Shown: positions 10,173 to 22,566, counted from the stretch's first letter. The stretch: 64,000 nt of DNA from an uncultured Gemmatimonadales bacterium (GCA_963739455.1 CAVUAK010000001.1:1815229-1879228), one strand, 5' to 3'. Notes: generated by a model not told the origin, from the sequence alone. Made by a program: numbers and translations.

Positions 10173-11790
10173 TCAGTGGCTCGCGCCGGCCAGCGTCCAT
10201 GTCCAGACCATGAGCCAGGGCGACTCCACCTGGAAGTTCACGTTGCCGTACACGTTCGGCATGGCGAACTACGCGGTCCGGGGAAAACACGAAGACCGCG
10301 GGGAAGTCGTTGGCCACCGTGCTGGAGCCAGGCGCGGATGGGCGGCGCTGGATCGCGCAGGGTGAGGTGTGCGGCCCGCAGGAGCGAGTCGGCAGTCGCG
10401 TTGCAATAGTGGCCATAGTTGCCGTCAGCGCCGCAGCCCCAGCGATCGATCAGGCTCCAGGGCGATGGCTCGATCGCGACATTCTCCATGACGACGTCGA
10501 AGTCCCGAGTCGCCGGCGTACCGCAACACTGTGAACGTTCCAGCGTCTCGATGTCCACCTTCACGCCAAGCTTCCGCCATTGCTCCTGGACGATGAGGGC
10601 CATCTGCACCCGCGCGACGCTCGAGGTCGCGAACCAGCAGCGAGAACGCCAGCGGAACTCCGTTACGATCCAGCACACCGTCGCCATCACTGTCGCGTCC
10701 ATCCGCGCGCGGCCAGGAGGCGAGCCGCCTCCTTGGGATCGAACCGCGCCTGCGATGGGGCGAGGCCGCTGAACCAGGCGGCAGAGCCGGCCGGCGTGGA
10801 GACCAGCGGGGCGTACTTCCCGAACAGGGCCTGGGCTATCGTGGCGCGATCGAGTCCGATGGTGAGCGCGTGGCGCACCTGCTGGTCCGCAAAGAGGGGA
10901 TGCGGGCGACTCGTGTCGGCGGGGGCACGCTCGTTGAAGAGCAGGTAGTTCACTGCCATGGACGGAATGTGCGCGACGCGAAGCGAAGGCCGCTCCCTGA
11001 GGCGCGACAGGTTGCTCAGCGGGGGAATGATGTCCTCCTGCACGTCGGCCTCTCCGCTCAGCAGCAGGTTGAGCCGGGCGTCCTGCGAGCCGGTGACGCG
11101 CCAGACGATCTGCTCGATGGCCGGCGTCCCCAGGAAGAAATCAGGCACCGAACGAAGTAGGAGATACTGGGACGGCTCGAGCTTCTCCCATCGATAGGGT
11201 CCGCTGCCCACGGGTGCCCGGGCAAAGGCACTGGTGCCCAGGCTGTCGGCCGGGATGGCCGCCACGAGATGCTCAGGGAGGATGTGCACATGATAGGTGG
11301 CATCGTACAACTGCTCGCCGTACGCCCGTGCAAACCGGAAGATCACGCGACCGTCGCCGTCACCCGTTACCGAAGCGATCTCGCTCAGGAGCGGCGCAAC
11401 CATGGGCGCCAGCTTGGGGTTGCGCGCGCGGTTGAAGCTGAAGACGACGTCGCGTGACGTGACCGGTGTGCCATCGTGCCAGCGGGCCCGCGGATCGAGT
11501 TCGAAAACCAGCGTCAGCGAGTCGCTCCGGGTCCAGCTCTTCGCCAGCCCCGGAAGTGCGGCGCGATCGCCGAACGATGTGCCGCCGTAGCGCCCGAGCC
11601 GGAGGAACAGGATGTCACTGACCTGGTTCTCCGCGCTGGACCGGCTGATGCCCGGCACCGCCTGCGTGATTTCCTCGCCAATGGCTATGACCAGGCGGCG
11701 AGGTCCGGCGGGCGCCGACTGGGCTGGCAACCGAAGGGCGATGCCGGCCAGCAGGAGTGGAAGGAGGCGTCCGCAACGACGGAGCATCAA
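10173..11790 (-). pseudogene. family-5 peptide/nickel ABC substrate-binding protein, four single-base frame disruptions (~10696, ~10630, ~10325, ~10265)
   Basis: Signal peptide plus 367 intact residues (track ORF 10687..11790). The rest follows in three further frames: DSDGDGVLDRNGVPLAFSLLV / ATSSVARVQMALIVQEQWRKLGVKVDIETLE... / TVANDFPAVFVFSPDRVV / VYGNVNFQVESPWLMVWTWTLAGASH*. Frame bookkeeping fits exactly four +1 events. Confidence 0.8.
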
Positions 11791-12650
11791 GCCTCGTGCT
11801 GAATGGTGGATATGCCGGCGTGGTGAGTTCAGGTGCCGAGCGGACCTTGGAATAATACGACAACGGCTTGGGCGAGGGCAGCGCTCAGCGCTGCCAGGTC
11901 CACGCGGGATCGCGGAACCGCGACGCCCGGCCCTTCAAGTCGGCGAGGAGGTGTGCTTCACCCTCGAAGGGAGCCCATGCGCCCCACGATGTCGCGGCTT
12001 CGCGGATGCTCTGCGCCACTTCTTCCCACCCTGCCTGGCGACCGAGGATCCGGGACAAGGGCTGGACATCGGGTGTCTCCGCCGGGCCTGTCGTGACATC
12101 GCGTACGAGCGACTGATCATCGTCCAGCAGCACCGAGCCATGCTGCAGCAGCACGCCCTCGCTGCGCAGCTGCGCGCTGCCCACCACCTTGCTTGCGTCC
12201 CGCACGACCTCACCGCCGGCCGCTGCCGCGAAGCATGCCCCGGCCCCGACGGGAAGGATGCGGCGCTCAGCGGCCAGTTCGACTGGGGCGCCCAGGGCCC
12301 GCAACGCCGATGCAATGGTGTGGTGGATGGTGTGGTAGGCGCTCCGCAGCGATCCCATCACCGATTCGGGGGCGGCCACGGCGTAGGTAAGCTCTCCAGC
12401 ATGCCACACCGCGCGCCCGCCGGTTGGCCGGCGCACGGTGTCGATACCCAGGTCGGCAATGCGCTCGCGATCGTAGCGCTTGAGCGCGGGCTCGTGCCTC
12501 CCGAACGAGAGGCACGAGGGATCCCAGCGGTAGAAGCGGAGGTAGCCGCTCCCCGATTGCATGGCCAGCGCATGGAGACCCATGTCGAGCGACATGTTCT
12601 GCCATCCCGGGCGCGGGGTGCGATCGAGCCATAGCTGCCAGGAAATGGCG

Positions 12651-15599
<2,949 letters not shown>

Positions 15600-15649
15600 A
15601 CTTTGGGATAGCTCCAGCTCGTGAAAAAAGGCACAAGGTCAAACGAAAT

Positions 15650-15676
15650 GCGCTCCGGACAGGATGCCCGGAGCGC
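15650..15676 (-). terminator. perfect 9-bp hairpin between gcvH and gcvP (attenuator/processing hairpin or weak terminator)
   Basis: GCGCTCCGG-9 nt loop-CCGGAGCGC. On the minus-strand transcript it is followed by AUUUCGUUUG and, 18 nt later, a U6 run (15622-15632). Not a textbook terminator. Confidence 0.35.
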
Positions 15677-15701
15677 AGGTAGTGATGGCACACGAGAAAA
15701 C

Positions 15702-16088
15702 CTACTCGCCGATCTGAGCCTTGTAGGCCTCAGGGGTCAGCAGTGTGGTCAGGCTGTCGGGGTCCTTGATCCGGAGTCTGATCATCCAGCCGGTGTCGTA
15801 CGGATCACGATTGATGAGGCCAGGGTCGGCATCGAGCGCACCGTTGATCTCGGCCACCTCGCCCGCCAGCGGGGAGAACAGGTCGGAAACCGCCTTGACC
15901 GCCTCAACCACGCCGAACACGCCGTGTTCCTCGAAACTGTCCCCAACTTTGGGCAGGTTTACGAACACGATGTCGCCGAGCTCGCCCTGGGCATAGTCGG
16001 TAACACCGATCTGGACGAGTCCCTTGCCCAGCATCTTCACGTATTCGTGATCGGCGGTGTAACGCAGGTCGGCGGGAATGTTCGACAT
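15702..16088 (-). CDS. gcvH: glycine cleavage system H protein
   Basis: 128 aa with the lipoyl-lysine motif VEAVKAVSDL. Confidence 0.95.
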   Translation of the reverse strand: MSNIPADLRYTADHEYVKMLGKGLVQIGVTDYAQGELGDIVFVNLPKVGDSFEEHGVFGVVEAVKAVSDLFSPLAGEVAEINGALDADPGLINRDPYDTGWMIRLRIKDPDSLTTLLTPEAYKAQIGE

Positions 16089-16143
16089 GAATGCTCCAGA
16101 AGGAGGCGATCGGGGGCAAGGATACCGGATGCCGCGGGGTGGG

Positions 16144-16749
16144 TCAAGGAACCGCGCGCGCTTCCAGTGCAGACCAGATTTCGGCCGTCCGGGCTTCGAG
16201 GGAAGCCACGTCGCGGTCGTTGTCGATGACGTAGTCGGCGCGAGGTCGCTTCACGGCGGCCGGCAGTTGCGCGGCCATCAGCCGGTCGGATTCATGGCGC
16301 GGCAGCCCGCTTCGCTCGAACAGCCGTTGGCGGCGCAGGTCGTCAGGCGCGTCAACCAGTATCACCACGTCGAACGAGTCGGGGTCGGCCACCTCGAACA
16401 GCAGCGGGATGTCGGTGACGACCACCTGCGCGCCCGCGTCCCGCGCTGCGGCCACGCGCGCGGTGCGCAACTTGTTCACGGCGGGGTGCACGATCGCGTT
16501 CAGGTCCTTGAGCGCCTCGGCCGATGCGAGCACCATGGCGCGCAGCTGACCCCGGTCGAGCGTGCCGTCGGGGCGGAGGACACCCGGGCCGAAGCGGCGA
16601 ACGATGGCGGAGAGCACCGGGCTGCCTGGCGACTGCACCTCGCGCACGAGCTGGTCGGCGTCGATGACGACAGCGCCCCAGCGGCGGAAGAGATTCGCCA
16701 CGGTGGACTTGCCGGAGGCGACGTTGCCGGTCAAGGCGACGTTTAGCAA
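16144..16749 (-). CDS. coaE: dephospho-CoA kinase
   Basis: P-loop LTGNVASGKST and IDADQL. TTG 16749 chosen so the protein starts just before the P-loop; track ORF 16144..16791 is the longest version. Confidence 0.8.
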   Translation of the reverse strand: MLNVALTGNVASGKSTVANLFRRWGAVVIDADQLVREVQSPGSPVLSAIVRRFGPGVLRPDGTLDRGQLRAMVLASAEALKDLNAIVHPAVNKLRTARVAAARDAGAQVVVTDIPLLFEVADPDSFDVVILVDAPDDLRRQRLFERSGLPRHESDRLMAAQLPAAVKRPRADYVIDNDRDVASLEARTAEIWSALEARAVP

Positions 16750-16784
16750 GGCGTGAAGACTTGAGGACTTGATGGCGTGAAGAC
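16750..16784. repeat. direct repeat GGCGTGAAGAC x2 flanking TTGAGGACTTGA (left inverted repeat of the four-helix-bundle cassette)
   Basis: GGCGTGAAGAC occurs at 16750-16760 and 16774-16784. The spacer TTGAGGACTTGA (16761-16772) is the 11/12 reverse complement of 17268-17279. Confidence 0.8.
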
Positions 16785-16843
16785 GACACACCCTGGGGCC
16801 GAATGGTGACTAGTTCCGGCCTGCCCGGCAACAAATTCTTCCA

Positions 16844-17230
16844 ATGACTGCTGCATCATCCCCCCGGTTTGAGAAGCTGGAAGCCTGGAAGGCCTCTCAC
16901 CAGCTCACGCTCTGCGTGTATCAAGCTACCAAGTTGATGCCGCCGAGCGAACGCTTCGGACTGACCGCGCAGATGCGTCGGGCTGCTATCTCGATCGCTT
17001 CCAATATTGTCGAAGGTTCAATGCGACATGGCAAGCAGGAGTATCGCCGATTCGTGGGCATGGCGGCCAGCTCCTTCAATGAACTGCGGTATCAGATTCG
17101 GTTGTGCGAGGAGCTGGGGTATTTACCGGCGGAGAGCATCGAGGAATTGAGACATGCTGTCGACCACGCCGGCCGCCTGGTGTGGGGACTCTACCGGGGT
17201 CTGGGCGGGGTGGTAGCGTCCAAGTCGTAG
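16844..17230 (+). CDS. four-helix-bundle protein (23S rRNA intervening-sequence protein family)
   Basis: FEKLEAWKASHQLTLCVYQATKLMPPSERFGLTAQMRRAAISIASNIVEG...ELRYQI is the typical family pattern. GC is visibly lower than in neighbouring genes. Confidence 0.8.
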   Translation: MTAASSPRFEKLEAWKASHQLTLCVYQATKLMPPSERFGLTAQMRRAAISIASNIVEGSMRHGKQEYRRFVGMAASSFNELRYQIRLCEELGYLPAESIEELRHAVDHAGRLVWGLYRGLGGVVASKS

Positions 17231-17242
17231 CCCCGCAGTTAC

Positions 17243-17279
17243 CTCAAGCCTTCAAGCCCTCAAGCCTTCAAGTCCTAAA
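17243..17279. repeat. four tandem octamers CTCAAGCC TTCAAGCC CTCAAGCC TTCAAGTCC (right inverted repeat TCAAGTCCTAAA)
   Basis: Read directly. Overlaps the tdk stop codon (17275-17277). Confidence 0.85.
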
Positions 17280-17880
17280 GCAGTGCTGTTTGATCCTCAT
17301 CCGCCCTCGGCACCCGGTGACAATGCCGACAGCGCGCCTCGTACGATTCGCGCCCGCCCACCATGATCGTCGGCGAATCCCATCGTGCGGGACGCCCATC
17401 CACCAGCCGCTGGTTTCGGCACGCCTCGCCACCGCACACCATGCAGATCGCGCGGAGCTTGTCCACCAGCTCGGCCACGGCCATCAGGTCACCCATGGCA
17501 CCGAACGGCTCGCCCCGGAAGTCGGTGTCGGTGCCCGCGAGGATCACGCGGATGCCCCGCTGGGCCAGGACGGTCGTCACCGCGACGATATCACGATCGA
17601 GAAACTGGGCCTCGTCGATCGCCACGATTTCCGTGGCCGGTCGGACCTGTCGCAGGATCTCATCCGAGGAATCGATGGGGATCGCCTCGAGCTCGGTGCC
17701 GTCGTGGCTGGTGACGTTGTAGACGCCGGCGTATCGGCTGTCGAGATGGGACTTGAAGACCTGGACACTGCGGCGGGCAATGATGGCTCGACGGACCCGG
17801 CGGATGAGCTCCTCGCTCTTGCCGCTGAACATGACACCCGAGACGACCTCGAGCCATCCGGTGCGCGACCCCTGATACAT
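17275..17880 (-). CDS. tdk: thymidine kinase
   Basis: [26 protein letters not shown] (P-loop), IDEAQF, and Zn-ribbon cysteines CMVCG...CRHCH. ATG 17880 lies within the longer track ORF 17275..18039. Confidence 0.9.
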   Translation of the reverse strand: MYQGSRTGWLEVVSGVMFSGKSEELIRRVRRAIIARRSVQVFKSHLDSRYAGVYNVTSHDGTELEAIPIDSSDEILRQVRPATEIVAIDEAQFLDRDIVAVTTVLAQRGIRVILAGTDTDFRGEPFGAMGDLMAVAELVDKLRAICMVCGGEACRNQRLVDGRPARWDSPTIMVGGRESYEARCRHCHRVPRADEDQTALL

Positions 17881-18011
17881 CGACGAGTCTCCAGCAACGG
17901 CGAACGGGGACGGACGACCGGCGAGCGGTGGGCCGCCAAATGTACGGGCCGGGGACGCATCACCGCCAGCGGTGCTTGCGTGACGGGGATAGTCGCAGCT
18001 ATCGTCGCCCG

Positions 18012-18305
18012 GTGACCAAGCAACAATTGATTGTGGCACTCGCGCAGCGCCTCGACGTTTCCAAGGTCCGTGCGTCTGAAATCGTGGATGCGCTCTTCGC
18101 CAGCGACGGACTGATTGCGTCCGAGCTTCGGAAGAGCGGCCGGGTTCAGATCACGGGGTTCGGCAACTTCGAGGTGCGCCGTCGCGCCGGTCGCTCCATG
18201 CGAAATCCGCGCACCGGCAAGACCATCTCGCTTCCCGCGTCCTCCATGCCGGCCTTCAAGGCCGGCAAGCGCCTCAAGGACGCGGTCGTCCGGCGCCGCT
18301 CCTAG
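18012..18305 (+). CDS. HU/IHF-family DNA-binding protein
   Basis: [12 protein letters not shown]...[47 protein letters not shown] 18012 lies within track ORF 17928..18305. Confidence 0.85.
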   Translation: MTKQQLIVALAQRLDVSKVRASEIVDALFASDGLIASELRKSGRVQITGFGNFEVRRRAGRSMRNPRTGKTISLPASSMPAFKAGKRLKDAVVRRRS

Positions 18306-19833
18306 GCTTGCGGTCGGTGCTGGCGCCGGGCACCCGGTCGAGCCGCGCCGTTACCCGCACCTTTCGGATCATCTTTCCGCTCAGCGCCTGGGCAATCCGG
18401 TCTGCATCTCCCGCCGGCAGTTCAATCAGGCAGAAGCCATCTCGCAGTTCTACCCTCCCGATCGCCGTCCGCTCTACCCGCAGCTCCTTCGTCAGCGCGC
18501 CGACGAGGTCGGCCGGCGTCACCCCGTCCTTCTTGCCGATCGACACCCACACCTTTGCAATGGCGGGTGGCAACGGTGCGGATGGCGCAGCAATCGCTTC
18601 CTCTTGCCGCCTTGCCGCCTTACTGCCTTGCCGCTCCTCCCCCTTCCACAACGCGTAGAGTGCCGCCGCGACCCGCGTCGGGTCATGCCGCTCGAACAGG
18701 GGCGCCAGCGCCAGGAGCCCCGCCGCGCCGTCGCCGGACTCGAGCTCGGTGCGAATGCGCGCCCGGTCAGAGGCGGAGATGGCAGCGTGCTCTTCCAGCA
18801 GGCCGGGCAGGCGAAGGGGCCGCGTCGGTCGGGCAATGCCAGCCACGTACGACTCGGTGCCCGGAGGAACGAGGAGTACGGTGTCGCCGGCCTGGACCAG
18901 TTGTGCCAGGCGTTCGTGCGACGGCAGGTCGAACGCAATGATCAGGCTGGACTTGGGGGCATCGCCAGTGACGAGGCGGATGGACTCGCCATCGATCGGG
19001 ATGGCCCGCGCGATGTCGGCGGCGGCACTCCGGTCGTGAGCCCAGACGGTGACGGTGGCGGGATCGAGTAGTTGCAGCAGCTCGCCCAGGGCCGCCGCGC
19101 GACGGGACCAGGCCACACTCACAGTCCGGACGGGACCGACTGGCGCGATGGGCGGCGCTTCGGCGGGCGGCGTGCCCAGGACGAGGGCCTTTCGCGCGTA
19201 CCGCTCGACCAGGTCTGCGGCGGCGCCGGGATCAGCGGTGAGGATGACGCGCTGGGCCTCGAGGGGCAGGTCCTGCATCAATGGAGATACGGCGGAATGA
19301 TCGGCCCACGCCTCGGGCTGTGCGAGCACGATGACGCCGAGCCCTTCCGCCTTGAGGGCGGAACTGGTCATGAGTTCCTGGATGACCGAAGGGGAGGCCA
19401 CGAGGAGGTCGAGGGAGCCGCTGCGGAGTTCGCGGAGCGCGCGAGGCGAGGCGAGTGCGGCGCCCACCTTGAGTCCGGTGCCGGCAGCTACCCCGAAGAC
19501 GACGCCGGCCCACTCGGCCAGCATGCCCGGCGGCACCACCATCAGGCCCCGCACTCCTCCCCCGAGCCGACCCAGGACGGCCCCGATGAGGGGGGCCGCG
19601 GCGGCAGGCGACGGGGGCAGGACGGCGACCAGGTTGTGGCCCCGGGCCACTGTTGGTATCGCGTCCCTCAGGAGGGGATCGGACGCTTGCCAATCCCACG
19701 ACTCAAGGGTGCGCGCCACGGGCGCGCTCAGGTGCTGCTCTAGCTCCGGCACAGGCTCCTCGATTCTCAAATAGCGGTCGCGACTGTCGCGGCGAACGAA
19801 GCTAGCCCGGCCAGGGGCACGGGCCAAGGGCAA
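18274..19833 (-). CDS. DEAD-box-helicase-like protein with C-terminal DbpA-type RNA-binding domain; catalytic motifs degenerate
   Basis: Two RecA-like halves are recognisable, but the motifs have diverged. Motif I reads LPPSPAAAAPL (not TGSGKT), Ia reads PPGMLAEW, II reads VLAQPEAW (not DEAD), III reads TAD and VI reads YVAGIARPTRP. The C-terminus WVSIGKKDGVTPADLVGALTKELRVERTAIGRVELRDGFCLIELP is DbpA-like. Confidence 0.6.
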   Translation of the reverse strand: MPLARAPGRASFVRRDSRDRYLRIEEPVPELEQHLSAPVARTLESWDWQASDPLLRDAIPTVARGHNLVAVLPPSPAAAAPLIGAVLGRLGGGVRGLMVVPPGMLAEWAGVVFGVAAGTGLKVGAALASPRALRELRSGSLDLLVASPSVIQELMTSSALKAEGLGVIVLAQPEAWADHSAVSPLMQDLPLEAQRVILTADPGAAADLVERYARKALVLGTPPAEAPPIAPVGPVRTVSVAWSRRAAALGELLQLLDPATVTVWAHDRSAAADIARAIPIDGESIRLVTGDAPKSSLIIAFDLPSHERLAQLVQAGDTVLLVPPGTESYVAGIARPTRPLRLPGLLEEHAAISASDRARIRTELESGDGAAGLLALAPLFERHDPTRVAAALYALWKGEERQGSKAARRQEEAIAAPSAPLPPAIAKVWVSIGKKDGVTPADLVGALTKELRVERTAIGRVELRDGFCLIELPAGDADRIAQALSGKMIRKVRVTARLDRVPGASTDRKPRSGAGRPRP

Positions 19834-19912
19834 TTGGCGTTGACAGGGAGCACGCCCGGAACGAACCTTCCCGGTCCGCGTCGCCGTCCTTCGCCCTCAC
19901 TCTGGACCGTCC

Positions 19913-21118
19913 ATGCCCGACCCGCTTTCGATCAACCTGGCGCACCTGAAGGCGTCTGAAACCGTCGCGATCAGCAATGAGACCAAGCGACGGAAGGCGG
20001 CCGGGGAGGACGTCTATGACCTGAGCGTCGGTGAGCCCGACTTCGACACGCCGGCGCCCATTCGCCAGGCCGCCATCGAGGCCATCAACAAGGGCATGAC
20101 GCGGTACCCGCCCAACATCGGCCTGCCGGAGTTGCGCACGGCGATCGCGCGGACGCTGTCACTCATGTCGGGCGGCCGGGCGGTCAATCCTGATCACATC
20201 GTGGTGAGCTCGGGGTCAAAGCAGTCCCTGTTCAATACCTGCTTCACGCTCTTCGGCCCCGGCCAGCGGGTGCTCATTCCGGGCCCGGCGTGGGTGTCAT
20301 ATCCCCAGATTGTGCATCTGGCACGCGCGGAACCGGTCCTTGTGCCCGGGGACATTGAATGGGGCATGAAGGTGAGCGTCCGTGATCTCGATGCCGCCTA
20401 CAGCAAGTCGGTGAAGGGCCTCATCCTCTGCTCGCCCTGCAACCCGACCGGCGCGGTCTACACGCTGGCCGAACTCAAGGCGATCGCCGAGTGGGCCCAC
20501 AAGCACCAGGTGTGGATCATCTCCGACGAGATCTACCGGACGATCAACTATGGCCCGGGGCCGGCAGCTTCGATGCTCGACCTGCCCGATGAGCTGCTCG
20601 AGCGCACCGTGCTCATCTACGGTGTCTCCAAGGCTTACGCCATGACGGGCTGGCGCATTGGCTCGGCGCTGGCGCCACCGCACGTGGCGAAGGCGATGGC
20701 AGCACTGCAGTCGCACACCACCACCGGTGCCAACCATCCGGCGCAATGGGCGTCGGTTGCGGCGTTCAACGATGAGCGAGTGGCCCAGGACGTGACGAAG
20801 ATGGTGGCGGCCTTCCGGCGCCGGCGGGACCTGCTGGTGAGCCGCTTCCGCAGCGAGGTGCCCGGGGTGGAGTTCGTCGAGCCGCACGGGGCGTTCTACT
20901 TCTTCTTCCGGGTCGATGGCATCCGTGACGGGGCGACCGGTTCGAAGTTCTGCGAGGAGCTCATGCAGCGGGAGGGCGTAGCACTCGTGCCCGGGGCCGC
21001 GTTCGGCGACGACCGCTGGGTCCGCATGAGCTACGCGGTGTCCGACAAGGAGCTCGAGGCGGCGATCGACCGCATCATCCGGGTCATCCGGACCATGGGA
21101 GCGGCCCGTGCCGCCTGA
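19913..21118 (+). CDS. class I pyridoxal-phosphate aminotransferase (aspartate aminotransferase-like)
   Basis: Intact 401 aa with the PLP-lysine context YGVSKAYAMTGWRIG. Confidence 0.9.
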   Translation: MPDPLSINLAHLKASETVAISNETKRRKAAGEDVYDLSVGEPDFDTPAPIRQAAIEAINKGMTRYPPNIGLPELRTAIARTLSLMSGGRAVNPDHIVVSSGSKQSLFNTCFTLFGPGQRVLIPGPAWVSYPQIVHLARAEPVLVPGDIEWGMKVSVRDLDAAYSKSVKGLILCSPCNPTGAVYTLAELKAIAEWAHKHQVWIISDEIYRTINYGPGPAASMLDLPDELLERTVLIYGVSKAYAMTGWRIGSALAPPHVAKAMAALQSHTTTGANHPAQWASVAAFNDERVAQDVTKMVAAFRRRRDLLVSRFRSEVPGVEFVEPHGAFYFFFRVDGIRDGATGSKFCEELMQREGVALVPGAAFGDDRWVRMSYAVSDKELEAAIDRIIRVIRTMGAARAA

Positions 21119-21626
21119 GACATCATTGGGACCGCGGTTCACCGTCGAACGCCAGACTGGCGCCCTCCCCTCCATCGCGTGGCGATGGGATCCCGAGACC
21201 GACATCCTGTCGGGCACCTTCCGGAGTTCGGGAAGCTCCCGTCTCGACGGTACCATCGAGTTGACTGACGCCGAGGGCGCCATTGCGGTGCTCGATGTGG
21301 CCGACGGGGCGGTCGCTGGTCTCGATGTTGTCGTGTGGCCTGAGGTCACCTCGACCCGTGGGCTCGCGCTTCCCTCGAGCGTCGAGAGTGGTCGCGTCGT
21401 GCTCCGTGGTCCCCGGGCCGACCGCACGACGTCGGTGGAAATCGAGGCGGTGCTCACCATCCGCACCAATCCCGGCGAGAGCATCTATCACCTGAAGCTC
21501 GGCACCCTGCCGGCGGCGCGCGCCGTGCGGGTTGCCGATCAACTGCTGGTCGAGCTGGATGCGGAAGACGGTCTCGCGGGTTGCTGGCTCATGGGCGTGC
21601 CGCCGTTCCCGAGCCTGGATGACTAG
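21108..21626 (+). CDS. hypothetical protein (two DUF2283-like half-repeats)
   Basis: WDPETDILSGTF...GAIAVLDVADGAVAGLDVVVW and QLLVELDAEDGLAGCWLMGV resemble the DUF2283 pattern. Overlaps both neighbours (11 nt and 8 nt). Confidence 0.45.
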   Translation: MPPETSLGPRFTVERQTGALPSIAWRWDPETDILSGTFRSSGSSRLDGTIELTDAEGAIAVLDVADGAVAGLDVVVWPEVTSTRGLALPSSVESGRVVLRGPRADRTTSVEIEAVLTIRTNPGESIYHLKLGTLPAARAVRVADQLLVELDAEDGLAGCWLMGVPPFPSLDD

Positions 21627-22557
21627 CGACCTTACTGCTCTTCGCCGGTCGCTCGCTGCCGCAGGAATCACCCCCGCATCAGTCATACCGCCGGCGAGTG
21701 CAGGCCGGCGCGAGGAAGCCGAAATCCATCTCGCGAAATTGCTGGAAGGTGACCACGTCGAGGCTCGCGATGTGGGCGAACCGGCCGGCTGGCCCGATCC
21801 GGTGGCGTTCCTGGATGGGGTACAGCACTCCGAGGTTGTCGGCTACGCCGGGTCATCCCCGATCGTGGTGGCCTCGGTCGCGGCCGCAGTGAGGGAGCGC
21901 ACCGGCCGCGTGCTTGCCACCAGGCTGGTAGAGCGGCGCGACCTTGTCATCGGCCGCCGGGCGGCACTCGACGACGCAGGCTCCGCACTCGATGCCTTCG
22001 AGCGGCTCGAGCTCTCCGATTCCGATCCACCCCATCCCATTCGCGAGCTGGCACAGGCCGGTGCTGCCCTCGACGACGCGCGGGGAGCACTCGAGGTCGC
22101 AGCGGGAGTTGCCTACCGGAATGTGAGTCAGGCCTGGCTGGTGGTGGATGGCTCGCTGGCCGAGAGCCCGGTGTGGGCGCAGGATCCGCGCATGGTGGGG
22201 GTGGCGAAGAGTCATTCTTCGCTTCCGTTCGACGGCGCTGACCTCGAGGCTTACCTCAGGCTGCCGCCGGGACATCGCTCACCGATCTTTGCCCCGGCAT
22301 CCCGTCGTCTCGCTCCCGTCCGTGCATGGGCAGTGCGGCTCTGGCCGTGGGAGGGGAAGGACCTGCTGCATGGCCTCATCCGCGTCGAGGTGGCCCCGGT
22401 CAACGGCACGCCGGAGATGGCCGACCGGATCTCACGCTGGTTGCTGGCCGAGCGTGCGCCGATCAGCGCTCCCGACCCGAGGTGGGATCGGATGCTGTAC
22501 GGGATCCGTAGTGTCGAGGAGTTCCTGAAAGCGACGCGCGTCTCACCCCACCGTTAG
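21619..22557 (+). CDS. nurA: NurA-domain 5'-3' nuclease
   Basis: The two acidic NurA motifs are in the expected order, AFLDGVQHSE and AWLVVDGSLAE, followed by MVGVAKSHS. Sits directly upstream of herA. ATG 21619 lies within track ORF 21532..22557. Confidence 0.6.
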   Translation: MTSDLTALRRSLAAAGITPASVIPPASAGRREEAEIHLAKLLEGDHVEARDVGEPAGWPDPVAFLDGVQHSEVVGYAGSSPIVVASVAAAVRERTGRVLATRLVERRDLVIGRRAALDDAGSALDAFERLELSDSDPPHPIRELAQAGAALDDARGALEVAAGVAYRNVSQAWLVVDGSLAESPVWAQDPRMVGVAKSHSSLPFDGADLEAYLRLPPGHRSPIFAPASRRLAPVRAWAVRLWPWEGKDLLHGLIRVEVAPVNGTPEMADRISRWLLAERAPISAPDPRWDRMLYGIRSVEEFLKATRVSPHR

Positions 22558-22566
22558 GTTTGTTGA

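Noticed and set aside
15600-15701. Glycine riboswitch in the gcvH/gcvP region
   Set aside because: The spacer lies between gcvH and gcvP, not in a 5' leader. It is only ~100 nt and shows one simple hairpin, not the two-aptamer architecture.
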